Shown: in pieces, positions 26,436 through 39,115 of the stretch
Numbering within the stretch: the first letter of the stretch is position 1
Layout of the letters: each line of letters opens with the position of its first letter
From: Podarcis tiliguerta
Lineage: Eukaryota
Assembly: GCA_965153285.1 (NCBI GenBank)
Contig: OZ229117.1
Length of the DNA: 64,000 nt
Strand: one strand, 5' to 3'
The notes under the pieces: generated by a model
What the model was told of the DNA's origin: nothing
The model's database searches: none
The model's input: the letters and a program-made list of their open reading frames with translations, nothing else
Position numbers and translations under genes: made by a program

Positions 26436-26571
26436 GAGGCATAGGCAAACACTGCCCTCCAGATGTTTTGAGACTACAATTCCCATCATCCCTGACCACT
26501 GGTCCTGTTAGCTAGGTATGATGGGAGTTGTAGTCCCAAAACATCTGGAGGGCCAAGTTTGCCTATGCCTG
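26436..26571. mobile_element. Palindromic hAT MITE (MER3-like), 136 bp
   Basis: Near-complete inverted repeat; 8-bp TSD AGCTAGAA/GGCTAGAA (7/8). Older relatives near 30550, 35063, 41055, 47530, 50940 and 61420. Confidence 0.88.
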
Positions 26572-26884
26572 GGCTAGAATGTCAGCCTAACTGATCTTAC
26601 AGTTTGTTTGGATTTTAGAGCCAGGTGGGTGAATCACCTTTGCTGCACTGTGTGAGAATGTCATAAGAAGTCATAAATAGCATGTGCATTGGGGATTTTA
26701 GAGAAATATACTGAGCTAGATTTTCCAGTGGTTGGGTTCAGTGTAAAGCATTTTTATAGTGGTTGAAGGACAGAATAATTCTTTTGTTTTCTCCTGTGTA
26801 ATAGTAATAATTAGGTCCGTTTTATTTGGTGGAGAAAAGCTCTGTTTTAAGCTTTTTAGCATTAATAAATATGTCTTTCTCTAG

Positions 26885-26957
26885 GTATCTGAAATGGCCG
26901 TCTCAGAGTTGCCTGGTAACCCCAATGCTGTATGGACAGTGAGGAGGCATGTTGAAG
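26885..26957 (+). CDS. SF3B3: SF3B3 exon 11 (VSEMAVSELPGNPNAVWTVRRHVE)
   Basis: AG/GT, 73 nt. Confidence 0.96.
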
Positions 26958-27773
26958 GTAGGAGGTCTTCTGTGATGCAAATGCAGCGGTAAATGGCACG
27001 TTGAATTTCATTGTTTATCTACAAGTCACCTTTCTTGGTTCAGCTGTCATTGCCTGGAGAGCATCTACCGCCTCAGGATTATGACTTTCATTCTTAAACT
27101 GGAGTAAGCACAAATGTTGTGTGAAAATTGCACGTACCAACTAGGAGAGAAAATCTGCCTGTTTGTAGGTTTTTAGGAGCCCCTCCCTGCTGAGAGCAGG
27201 AGTACTGACAGTGCTCTTGCTCCTCTTGCTATGGATGTGGTGCATTCTGTTCAGTGCTCTCTTGGCAGTGTTGCCTTTAAGCTCACTGTCGTGGCCTTTC
27301 TTGGTGTCTCTTAGTATATGATCATGATCATTACCACTCATGGTGTTCCTTCAGCCTCCACCCCCGCCTTTCACTGAAATTGTCTTTGCCATACAGCCTT
27401 TGGTATCTTATGTGCTACTACACCTTCTGTGTGTTCCTGGAATCTCTGCTGGCGCAATGAACCTGGGCGGCTGTCCTGGGACATTCTGTCTTGGGGTGTA
27501 TTATTGCAATAGAACCTGACCTGTCTGTGGAAGAAGAAGAGGCCTTAATGCACAATCCTGGGCTTATGGTGGTAACATGATTATTTCGCTCAAAAGCTCC
27601 ATGTGCAGCACAATTATGACTCTTTATACTACATCATTTGCTTAATCATGAAAGAGTATTGTGCTTTTTTGGAATTAGGGGAAGTTGTAATGCCCTTCCC
27701 TGAAGGCATGTCTGAGAAATAACCAGGTACTCCTCTTGACTTGCTTTTGCCATTTGCTGAAGGCCCTTGTTCC

Positions 27774-27780
<7 letters not shown>

Positions 27781-27811
<31 letters not shown>

Positions 27812-27820
27812 TTTGTTTGT
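27781..27820. repeat. (GT)n then (GTTT)n microsatellite
   Basis: Direct reading. Confidence 0.95.
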
Positions 27821-30800
27821 TTTTGTTCATCAATTAATCTGTCCTCTGTGATGGAGTCAAAAGGTGTATATGGTCTTCAGACAGGACACCCGTGCTGTTC
27901 TCAGCTGTCCAGCTAGCACAGAACTCTGGAAAGCCAGGGCCTGTTTTGATCAGCCTTTGTGTATTTTCAGCAGTTCAAGATTTGCTCTGAAAATGCTTTC
28001 CTGACCTGCAAGGGTTGCTTGTCATTCACATGGCTGGTGGTCAGGGGAAAAAAATGCCCCTGTGAGACTTTTCCCAGACAGCAGCTGGTTTTTCATGGAG
28101 TGGAACTTAGAATCTTAGAGTTGGAAGGGACCCAAGGGCCATCTAGTCTAACCCCCTGCAATGTAGGAATCTCAGCTAAAGCATCCATGACAGATGGCCA
28201 TCCAACTTGTTCCATGTGTGGAAATAAATTTATTATATGTGGACTTCAGTGCCTCATAAATGTTTGGGTGACCAAGTGAGTCCCAGCTCTCACGTTACAG
28301 TGTAGTTGAGTAGAATACATTGGTCAGGAGGAGAGCTTTACTGGTTTAGTTTTGTATCATGCACAAGGTTGTTTGATGCACTTAGTATTTATTAATGGCT
28401 CCCTCTAACCAGGTGTGTGCCAGTTTTCACCATGTACTGTGTTAATGCAGTGGCTTGGTGTCCAAAAAATGCCAAGCTATGCTTTCTTAAACCATGGTTG
28501 GGTTGTACCCTGCCCAGTGGCTTAACTATGGTTTGTTTACTGCCAACAAACCACAATTTGAAGCTGTGGGTTCTTGTTGGCTTTGGAGCCTTGTTTAGTT
28601 TTTAATTATAGCTTGTCATTATGTATGAATCCACCACATTTGCTCAATTACTATTTCTTTGGTCGCCTCACCACCTCCTCACTAAGCTACAAAGACATGC
28701 GGCAAGATCAGCTTGAAAAGAAACCAAACTTGGGAAAAGAAAGCCATGGTTTGTTTTATTATCTGTGGTATAACTTGTGCCATATACATGGTCAAACAAG
28801 CAATGGCTTCACTTTCTGTTCAAACCAGGCCAGTAGTACAAAACTGACTTGGTCATAATGTGGTAATCCTGCCTGTGTCTGGCTTGTGCTTCTGAAGTTC
28901 TGCATTCTCTCATGTTACATGTGTACCATATGAACCCCTTCCAAGCAAAAACTAACCTTGGCTGGTATGTGGTTCCTGCTACTACCAATACCAAGCCTTC
29001 TTTTTTCTTCCACAGGTGGCTGGTGGTGGAGGTGCTGATCCCCTCCCACAGGTGTGTACCTACAGCCAAGGGCTGTAACTGGAGGGGGGGAGGAAGAGGC
29101 ACAACACTGAGGCTCTTTTTAAATTACTTTTCTTGCAAACACCTCTGTCAACAAGCTATGTAAGAAGTCAGTATTCAAGTACCACCTGAGTCCTCAGCCC
29201 TCTCCTGAGCTCCTGGGATAAGAACTGGCTTTTACTGTCCAATTGCTTTCCACATCCTTGGAGCCTTTCGCAAGATAAAGTTAAGCTTCACATGCCTGTA
29301 ACTGTAAGGAACTGCCATCTGTTCTTGCCCACTGGTCCTGGGCATTCCAGTATTTTAATGGGGGGGGGGGGGTGAGACCCAGTTCATGTTTAGAGATGTT
29401 AAAGTCTAGATATTCATTATACCATATCCTTCTACACCCCAGAGTTCTGGGTTTAGTAACTATGGTTCCTTACCGGAGTTCCCACTCTGGCTACAAAATG
29501 AACAATACAGGCAGCTGTCTCTGATGCGCTGTTGACATATGATGGACCTTGTCTCTGCTCACTCACCCTGTTGGCCTCACCTTGCTCTGTGCTGAGAAGG
29601 AGAAAACGAGGTGCTGCTTGCCTTTCTTGATTCCTCTCTGGCTTGACTTCTTTCCCCTACCTTTCACAGGAAGTTGGTGGTGGTGTTACCATTTCACTGC
29701 TGCTCACAAAATGACTTACACAACAATTTAAGTACAGCATAGCTTATGCAGCAGTTAAAATCTGCTTGCAAAGAGGCATGAGATCACGGGCATATCTGCA
29801 ACTTTTAAACCGTGATCTTCAAGTGCTGCTGTGATCACTCCCTCCCTCACTCAAAACTTTGCCGATGCTGTATTTTATGGAGCAGCCAGACACTGGGCAC
29901 AGGTTTCATTTAATTTTTCCAAGAGAGTTTGGGCTAGGAAAGCCATGTATGGACTGTCATTAGAGCTAACAGGTTACTTCTGCAACCACAAGAAAGGAAT
30001 CTCAACAAAATATAATGTTTGTGAATGAATTCTCAGTGCTAATGATACTGTTAACAATCTAGTCCATGATGAACTTTTGACTATTCGGACACTATGATTT
30101 TCCAAATAATTGATTTGTTTCTTGTGTTTAAAAGGGGTAAATTGAATTGTGTAGATGAAAAGAGTGGGGGAAACACATGAGGGATGAAGCTGCATGGGAA
30201 CCCTGATAGTTTTGCAGGAATGCCCCTCCCCCAAAAGCTAGTTCTGGCATCTGTCGGGTGCCAGCAGACTTGAGGACAGAGGGGGTGCTTTGTGAATAAG
30301 GAAGCCTTGCTGCCTGTGTTGCTGAACTCTGTGCATCCATTACAGTCAAGTCCAGCTTATGGCGTGGGTGAATCTGAACACCTGAGTGCCTTGATCTGGA
30401 ACTGTGTTAGGAGTCTGTGGAGGACTTGGGTGGCGGTTTTAGGCTTTATTGTGACAGAGAGGAGCACATGTCATGGAGATGGGAGTGAGTGAGCTCTACT
30501 CAGGTCAGCAAGTAAAAGTGTGAATGGCTTTGCTTTTGCCAGCCTTAGGGCCCTCTCATCGGTTTTGGACTATCAGCTTTCCCCAGCACAACTGATGGGA
30601 GCTGCAACCCAAAACAGCTGGATAGGCACCAGTTTGGTAAAGGCTATACAGTAAGCCTGAAATTTATGCGGGGTGTGTGTGTTTACATTCTGGGGATAGC
30701 ACCGAAAGTCAAAATCACATATAGTCAAAACACGTTGGAGGATATTGTGAAAGTGTTACCCCCCCCCCACCAGATGCCTGCCCCCCCTTTAAATTATTTG

Positions 30801-32826
30801 CCAAGCACATAAAGCTGAATTCGCACAAATTAAATATATGTAAGTTACAAGTTTACTGTATCTAGTTTCTGAAGCTGAACTAATTAGAGCCCTCCTATAT
30901 GAGTTGCTCAGTTGCTTGTTCCTTTGCCTGCTGCCTCCACAGGATTGGCTGTGAGCTTGGTGGGCCAGTCCGCTGTTGGTATTTAACTCTTTAGAATGGC
31001 TGTTTTCCATATCTGAGTTCTTTGAAGCTGGTGGTCTACAGATGAAAAGAAATATACAGCCTAAGATCCTGATTTGTGTGCTGCCCCTGTAAAAGGCCAA
31101 GCTGGAGAGTGCTTAACTTGGCAAGCATAGGTGACAGGAACACGGAAGCAGCCTTGTATCCATTCAGACCATTGGGCCATTGGCTCAGTATTCTCTACCC
31201 TAACTGGCCGTGTCCCTGCAGGGCTTTCTTTTGGGGGGTATTTGCAGCGCTACTGGGGATTGCACCAGCAGGGGAAATGTTTTCTGCTATAGTGGTAATT
31301 TCTAAATGGTTTCATTGGCAGAGTGAATGTGAGGAAATTGAACAGTGAAGTGTCTGTTAAAATGTTACATATTTATTTGTTTATTATTAAATTTGTTAGT
31401 CACTTTATGTTTCCCAAGGCAACCCAAAGCGACTTACAGCCAATTACAATTCATATTAATATATCTATGCATTGTCTAAATCCTGTGTAATCTCTGGCAC
31501 TATATTTAAAACATGTGAATAAGCTATTTTGTTTCTATGGATGGAAGACAACTGGAAAGTGTTCATGTACCCATTTCCAAGCTGAGTGGACACTATGTTA
31601 GTTAACATTACAGTCTCTTCTTCAGCCCCACTTTTTTTTTTTTACTTCAGTTGAATCCATGTTGCCCCCCCTGGTATCTCCATCCTTGGCAGTATTGCTG
31701 TTTAAGTCTTCCTTTTTGCCCCCATTCATTTCAATAAAACTGCAGCCAAATTCTTTCCCTTCTGCCCCTTGAACAAGAAATCCCCTTGGTCTTTTTGCTG
31801 GTAACTAAACCGGACTTGCTACTTAGCATCTATTGTGGAAGCCTGAACTCTAGGGAGGACAGCTGCTTGACCTGGAGTTCCTGTAGGGCTCCATTGCGGG
31901 AAGATGCAAAGAGAAGAGCATCTTGATGGAGAACTGGGGATCTTGCCACTCTTTCTAGTGGTTTCTAATCTTGCATTTTGATGGTTCAATGCAATCTATG
32001 CCTGTGAAGGCGTAGAAGTTTCTCTAGCTCTGCAAAAGCCTGCTCTGACTCAGATTCCTCAGTCTGGCGCTTAATAGTTCAGTGGCATTCTGGGTTTGTT
32101 TCTTTCTGGAATGTGGAAAGAAGGTGTGTGGCTTCTTACTATTAACTTCTGGTGGAAAGATCTAAAAGCTGTGAGAGGTTGCTAACCATTTGTTCTCTGA
32201 GCTTCCATCTGCTTCATTAGTTCATTGTTTTCATAATACTGTTTTGTTATCCCTCCTGCCATCTCGCATCTTTTTTTTATAAAAGAACTAAATTAGCTGC
32301 ATCTCACATGTTTTAGTTAAGTTACATTATCTGGGTTGGTGTATTTTATTAACCTGTGGGATTTATTTTGATCTGCATCACAATTTTCGTTTTACAGATA
32401 CACTGTGTTTGTGTGTGTAATTTAGAGAGAGCAAATGAGAACAAACTGTTCTGTTGGCTGCGGGCATAAACGTCTTGTCTGATCATTTTCTTGTGGTTAG
32501 GAGGAGAGAAAGAAACTGTTTTTACTCCAGTTCTACTCTGACCCAGATGTGATTATGATATAAATGGGGGGGGGGGAGGCTCTCAATGAAGGTCCACACT
32601 TCTTGCACAGCTGTAGCTTCCTTGTGCCTTGAGTGTTCTTCTCCTTTTACCATGGTCCAAGTGTCTGAAGGCCATGCTGCCCCCTGTCATGAACTTGTGT
32701 GCGATGGTGACGATGGAAATAACTGTAGTAGCCTTTGTGAAGAGTTTCTGTTGTCCATAGTTGTTCTACAAACCTCTTTCTTGGCCTTCTAAATATTGGC
32801 ACCTGTCTTCTTTCTTCTGTAATTAG

Positions 32827-32978
32827 ATGAATTTGATGCCTATATCATTGTGTCCTTCGTCAATGCCACCCTGGTACTGTCTATCGGAGAAACTGTAGAG
32901 GAGGTTACAGACTCAGGATTCCTTGGTACTACGCCCACCTTGTCTTGCTCATTGTTGGGAGATGATGCTTTGGTGCAG
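32827..32978 (+). CDS. SF3B3: SF3B3 exon 12 ([16 protein letters not shown]...DDALVQ)
   Basis: AG/GT, 152 nt. Confidence 0.97.
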
Positions 32979-33791
32979 GTAAGGGGCCTTTTACCCCCTT
33001 CTTTGTGTTCTGCTTGCCTTTTGCAGCCAGGCCCGTTGGCCTTCTCAAGAGATGCAAGGAGAGAGGGTTTGGTTGTGGTGCTCTCCTGGCATGGATGGGG
33101 TGGTGGTAGCTAATTTAATAGTTGTGACCTGCAAACTGGCTAGAGGATAAGGTCACCTTTAAGGTTGGGAAGGGGTTGTTTCCAGAGCCTTTCAAAGTAA
33201 GATTCCCTTGGTGTTCCACTCTTACTAAAAACGTTTCATCTTCTTCTGCATTATTTTAACTGGTTGCATAGACTAATATTCCCTGTAATTTTTGTTTTGT
33301 TTTGTTTTTAAAGGTAGATAGGAGCATGTGGAATCTTGATCATTTACCTTGGTGGCACTTTTCAAGTTGCTGTTTGTTGACCTTGCCCTCTCTCAGCTAG
33401 ATACAATGAGAGCACTTGATGGTGAATAGCAGAAATTAGTTGCGTGAATGTGATAAAGATTATAGATCACTTTGCAAACTAAAAAGCTGTATAGGAAGGC
33501 ATGGAAAGCTTGTCATGTGCTTGTGGCAAATGGGCTACAGATGAGCAGGCTGAGTAAGCTTTTGTAAACCAGATAAGGTGCTGGTTCTTCTGCTTCCCTT
33601 GTTGACCTCTGGTGTGTCCAAATGACAGTAAAAAAACGTATGTGAGCAAGCAGTTTAGGAAAAAATTTAAAAAGGCTAGGCTGATAACTTCTGTGAACTG
33701 ACTTGCAAGGCTGGCCTAATAATGGAAAGAACAGCAAAGGCACTTCCTGTCAGGTGGACTGACTCAGCATCTTATTTCTGTATTTGTTTAG

Positions 33792-33947
33792 GTTTATCCT
33801 GATGGCATCCGGCACATCAGAGCCGATAAAAGAGTTAATGAGTGGAAAACACCAGGGAAGAAAACCATCGTCAAATGTGCTGTGAATCAGAGACAAGTGG
33901 TGATCGCACTGACAGGGGGAGAGCTGGTCTACTTTGAGATGGACCCG
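33792..33947 (+). CDS. SF3B3: SF3B3 exon 13 ([18 protein letters not shown]...FEMDP)
   Basis: AG/GT, 156 nt. Confidence 0.97.
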
Positions 33948-34376
33948 GTACGTGAGCTTAGCTGGAGGGAGATGTGACTTTCATGAGGGTTTGCAGACTA
34001 GGCTTGCAGTGGAAACAAATGAGAACTGCATCACAGCATTATTGGGCTCCTTATGTCGCATTCCTTCATTTCACGGGTTCTTGTGCAGAATAACATTCAG
34101 GTGATTTGTGCCATTTGGGTGGGGTGGGTGTTTGGGGGTTGCTTTGGTGGGCCATTGCAGAGACTGGTATATTTTTTAAGACCAGCTTATCTCTGATAAA
34201 CTTGGTGTTCTTCAAAGTGCTCCAGGCTTCCTACCTCAAAAGGTCAAACAAGCAAGGTCATCTGTCATCATACATGGTTTAAAGAGTTTACTGCACAGCT
34301 CTTGATCTGAAATGCGTCTGGTTCTGCTAATCCAGGTGTGACTTCCTTCCTCCATTGTGCCTTTTTTCCACACCAG

Positions 34377-34532
34377 TCAGGGCAGCTGAATGAATACACA
34401 GAGAGGAAGGAGATGTCTGCTGACGTGGTGTGCATGAGCTTGGCCAACGTTCCCCCAGGAGAGCAGCGCTCCCGGTTCCTTGCTGTTGGGCTGGTGGACA
34501 ACACTGTGCGCATCATTTCCCTCGACCCCTCT
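34377..34532 (+). CDS. SF3B3: SF3B3 exon 14 ([12 protein letters not shown]...ISLDPS)
   Basis: AG/GT, 156 nt. Confidence 0.97.
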
Positions 34533-35540
34533 GTAAGTGCTTCCTGAGAGTCGCTTGCCTGTAGCTAAGCCTTTGCTGACCCGAATTAAAGTATTGTAAC
34601 AAAACTACACCCCCCAAAAAAAAAACTGAGTGAAAGGAAGTTCCAGGGGTGGTTAGCAGGGCTTTCCTTTCTTTGCATGTGAGAATGCACTAGACTGACT
34701 TTGGTTTGTTATGTAATATGAAAGGAGAGCATATTGGAAGCAAGCAGACTCATAAAGTGGGCAATACAACTGCTGGTGCTTCATCAGAAACCCCAAAGGC
34801 ATGGCTTACTCCTCCAGTACCCCAATATGTCTTCCAGTTTGAGCTGACTCCAGCTGAACTCTAGCATGCTCTTTTCCCAACCCAAACTGCAGTTGCTTTC
34901 TCTCCCCTCCCCTTCTTTTTTTGATACCCCTGCCTCTTAATTTGAAGGTTCAGGCATTCCAAAGGGCTTGATACCAATAAGGAGCATCAAGCCTCTGCTC
35001 ATGCTTCAGTGGCCATATAATAGGTCAATTCACAATAACCAAGGTGTACGTTGCACATGAGCTTTCTCCAACCTGGTGACTTTCAGATGGTTTGAACTAC
35101 AACTCACCCCAGCCCTAGCCAGTTTGGCTGAGGATTATGGGAGTTGTATTCCAAACTTTTGGAAGATACTGGTTTGCCTGAAAGAAGGTCAGAGCTAAAA
35201 ATGATTCTTTAAAGACTTCCTCAGATGAAATGAATCTTCCCACAGATTGCTCCAAATGGAGAAACACTTTGAGCTGGTTGGCATAATCAACATTGCCATG
35301 TGCTTCTTCAGTCTTTTCAGACTGCTGGGGGATGTGGTTGAATGCCCTCCTACATAGAAAATTGGCAGGTCAGCCTAGTCTTCAAATGTGCCAGGCATTT
35401 TTATACAAAGGTGAATCCAGCCATTTACAGTTCCTCTTCTGATGTCTGAAGTGGTTCAGGGTAGCAACAAAGACCTTATGTGTTATGCTTTGCTCTTTCT
35501 CTCTGCTTTAGTAATGGTGTCTTCCTTCTCCATCCCTTAG

Positions 35541-35684
35541 GACTGTCTTCAGCCGCTGAGTATGCAAGCTCTCCCTGCCCAGCCAGAATCACTGTGTATT
35601 GTGGAAATGGGTGGAGCTGAGAAGCAGGATGAACTGGGAGAGCGGGGCTCGATTGGCTTCTTGTACCTGAACATTGGCTTGCAG
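35541..35684 (+). CDS. SF3B3: SF3B3 exon 15 (DCLQPLSMQALPAQPES...LNIGLQ)
   Basis: AG/GT, 144 nt. Confidence 0.97.
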
Positions 35685-36287
35685 GTGAGCAGTTACTGCC
35701 CAGAACCTTTGCTAGATCCTTGATATATGGGATTGGACCAGGTCTTGCTGCATTTGACTGGACTGTGTGGGAAGCCATACTCCTGAGTTCGTACAACCCT
35801 ATAGAGACCCGTTCCACATACCCTCCCAGAAGGCCTGCCAGAATAGAACACTGCGTCCCTCCTGCCACCTTCTTCACTCTTCCAGAGCTCCCGAGGAACG
35901 GAGCCCTCTCCCGCTTTATTAAGGCAGACTCTAATCCCATTGTGAAGGATACCTTCTGTCTGCCAGGGAGGAGGGTGGAAGTGTTAGAGCTCATCTTCCA
36001 GCGGGTCAGGGGTCTTTGTATTTAGGTGGGAAGTGGCAGTAGCCTACACTTTAAGCTGCTTCACAAAAAAGCCTTTTCTTAGTTTGTTAAAGGATGAAAC
36101 AGCAGCTTTGTAGCAGTGTTGTGCTTAATTTTGTACATGCCAGAGAGAAGCTGGAAATAGTAAGACTTCCAGAGTCAGGAGCTGAAGATACGTTGGTATT
36201 CTGAGTTCATCTGGTGCTCTTTTTCTCTCTGCCTGCCCTTGTCCCTCTCCCCCCACCTTGCTTTGGTCATCTGCCCTTGTAACCCAG

Positions 36288-36410
36288 AACGGTGTGCTTC
36301 TCCGAACTGTCCTTGATCCAGTTACTGGTGACCTCTCTGACACAAGGACCAGGTATCTGGGCTCGCGCCCTGTGAAGCTCTTCCGAGTCCGGATGCAAGG
36401 CCAAGAAGCG
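36288..36410 (+). CDS. SF3B3: SF3B3 exon 16 ([12 protein letters not shown]...MQGQEA)
   Basis: AG/GT, 123 nt. Confidence 0.97.
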
Positions 36411-37112
36411 GTGAGTGAGCGGGGAATCAGAGGAGTGCACTCATGAAAAGCTGGAGGGGGAGGAGCAAAAACTTCAGGAGGACTGTGAATCTGGTGACTA
36501 AGATCTTTTAGAAATTTGGGACGGGATGAGTTCACATCTAAATTCCTTGTTTACCGTCTGGTACAGAGGGAAAATACATGCTATTGGATGGGGGTGTGAG
36601 TGAGGGAGAAAACAAGTGTTGATGAGGCCAGGGGAAAGGAAATACCTTGGCCTGCTTCTGGGTCCTGCTCATTTTAGCTGCTTGTGGGAAAGGGAGGGGG
36701 GCATTAAAGGAGGAGGAAGTACTCAGTGTACTTTGTTTGCCTGGCTCTTGCTGCTGTAGTCCTTGCACCTGATTTACAGAGTGCAAGGTGTTTTTGAAAG
36801 TTGGTGATAAAGTAGCCAGGCTTGTGGCCTTCAGGATCATATTGTTGTGGAGCTGGAAGGGACCCTGTGGGTCATCTAGTCCAACACCATGCAATGCAGG
36901 AATCTCAATTTGGCCCCCTCACAGCTCCTCTTATGCTGCTGGCTTGGGGACTCCTAGAGCCTGTAATTAGTTCTGCCCTGCCAACAGAACCTTTGATTGT
37001 GGGCTGCTAGGAGGAGAAGGCAGCCAGCTTGGTTCCCAGAGGTGTGAACTGCTCTGTCCCATTTGCTGTTCTCTCCCTAAGTTTTCTCTCTCTTCTTTTC
37101 CTCCTGCTCCAG

Positions 37113-37267
37113 GTGCTGGCCATGTCAAGCCGTTCTTGGCTGAGTTACTCCTATCAATCCCGCTTCCACTTAACACCCCTCTCATATGAAACGTTGGAGT
37201 TTGCCTCTGGCTTTGCTTCAGAGCAGTGTCCAGAGGGCATAGTAGCCATCTCAACAAACACACTGAG
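37113..37267 (+). CDS. SF3B3: SF3B3 exon 17 (VLAMSSRSWLSY...STNTLR)
   Basis: AG/GT, 155 nt. Confidence 0.97.
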
Positions 37268-38204
37268 GTTCGTATCAAAATGCCAGCAGTGGGAAAGGAA
37301 ACAAATAATGGAACCTGTTTGCCTTCTCTCTTGGCACACAGGACTATCTGTCTGTCTTGCTTGTCTGTCCCAAGCTCCTTCCTGTGCAAAGCAGGGGCAG
37401 CTGGTGCCCAAAAGGGTTGCCCTGAACGCCTCCTTTCTACATGACCTTTCATGGGTAAGGTGGCTTACCCACTCTGCGTTGAGTGGCTTGATCTGGCCTC
37501 CTTCCCAGTTGCTCAAGATGGGAAGGAGAGCTGTACATGGCAGCCACCCACCCACGGCAACCCACCTGAAACATGACTGGTTGTTGGGAGGAGATTATTC
37601 CTTGGTGGTAGCCAGTCTGTGGAGTGTTCACTTCAAAGGCTGCGCTACATTTTCACAAAGCATCAGGTGGTTCTGAAATAGCAGCCATGTTGGTTTTGTT
37701 GAAGGTCTACTTAATCTCTCTTCCGGGGCAGGAGGCAGCTGTCTCTCCTGATCTTGAATACTAAAGGAGGTTGCCTGGCATGCTGATACCCACAGGCTTT
37801 CCTTCATGAAGCTCCATAGAATACAAAGTACTGTGAATTGGCTGTCGGGTGGTCATTGTAAATAAGCCTGCAAAAGTAACTAGTCTCTAGCCATCATGCA
37901 AGTGCAGGCGAATATACAATGCTCTTCCTTCCACTAAGCAGACTGAAGGAGGAGGGGCACAAGGACCCTTTCCTCCTGTGCCTGTCACTCACACACTCAT
38001 GGAGCTCCCCATCACTGATGGCTACCAGGCAAGTTGTCAGTTTTCAGGTTGAAAATGTCCCGCGTCTGCTTGATGGAAGGTGGTTCATGCCACAGATGCC
38101 TGCCCACCAGGGAGGCTCCATTGTTCGGCTTGGATGTCCTTTTAGTTCCTTTAAGGTGGCTCACTGGGATAAGCTTAATGTCTGCAACTTTTTGGCTCCC
38201 ACAG

Positions 38205-38379
38205 GATTTTGGCCCTGGAGAAGCTTGGAGCTGTCTTCAACCAGGTTGCCTTCCCGTTGCAGTACACTCCTAGGAAGTTCGTCATCCACCCTGAGAGCAA
38301 CAACCTAATCATCATTGAGACGGACCACAATGCTTATACTGAGGCCACTAAAGCCCAAAGGAAGCAGCAGATGGCGGAG
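38205..38379 (+). CDS. SF3B3: SF3B3 exon 18 (ILALEKLGAVFNQ...KQQMAE)
   Basis: AG/GT, 175 nt. Confidence 0.97.
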
Positions 38380-38609
38380 GTAACATGCCTGGCTTCTGCC
38401 TGGGGCCCAGCTCTCACCAAAGAAGGGCAGGGACAGGATTCTGTGAGCTGGAGCTTCTTTTGCTGCTGCTGTACTTGGTGGGGAAGTTGTCGCAACACTC
38501 TGCAGAGCAGTGACCACTTTCCTTTCTAGAGAGGAGGCTAGTCTGCTTTTGTAACCCATGGAAAAGCTCACTTACTTTCTGCACCTCAGTTAGGAATGCC
38601 TAACCATCA

Positions 38610-38886
38610 AAATCACAAGAAGCAGTGATGGCCACCAACTTGGATGGCTTTAAAAGAGCATTAAACAAATTCATGGAGCAGTAGATTATCAGTTGCCTAC
38701 TAACCATGATGACTATATTCTGTCTCCGTTGCCAAAAGCAGCATGCCTCTAAAAGCCAGTTGTTGGGAATGATTTAGGTCCTGCTTGGGCTTCCAAGAGG
38801 CATCTGCTTTGGCCACTGTGAGAACAGGATGCTGCAGTAGAGATAGGTCTTTGGCCTGAACCAGCAGGCAGCTCTTACAGTCCTTT
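38610..38886 (+). mobile_element. CR1 LINE 3' fragment
   Basis: GGCCACCAACTTGGATGGCTTTAAAAGAG...AAATTCATGGAG ORF2 end and GGCCACTGTGAGAACAGGATGCTG...CCAGCAGGCAGCTCTTA tail; same family as the 14160 copy. Confidence 0.78.
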
Positions 38887-38909
38887 TTTTGCCCCCTTGT
38901 GCATTGCAG

Positions 38910-39115
38910 GAAATGGTGGAAGCTGCAGGGGAAGATGAGAGGGAACTAGCTGCAGAGATGGCAGCCGCGTTTCTGAACGAGAACCTTCCTGAGTCCATCT
39001 TTGGTGCTCCAAAAGCAGGAAATGGACAATGGGCGTCTGTTGTCCGGGTGATGAACCCCATCCAAGGAAACACATTAGATCTAGTCCAGCTGGAGCAAAA
39101 TGAAGCTGCCTTCAG
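38910..39115 (+). CDS. SF3B3: SF3B3 exon 19 (EMVEAAGEDERE...NEAAF)
   Basis: AG/GT, 206 nt. Confidence 0.97.

Noticed and set aside
28480-28810. Cluster of AAACCATGGTT-like palindromic motifs upstream of the poison-exon candidate
   Set aside because: Probably an old decayed repeat; no ends or TSD definable by eye
30066-30130. ATGATGA box C-like motif in SF3B3 intron 11
   Set aside because: No CTGA box D at a suitable distance, no terminal stem, no recognisable guide
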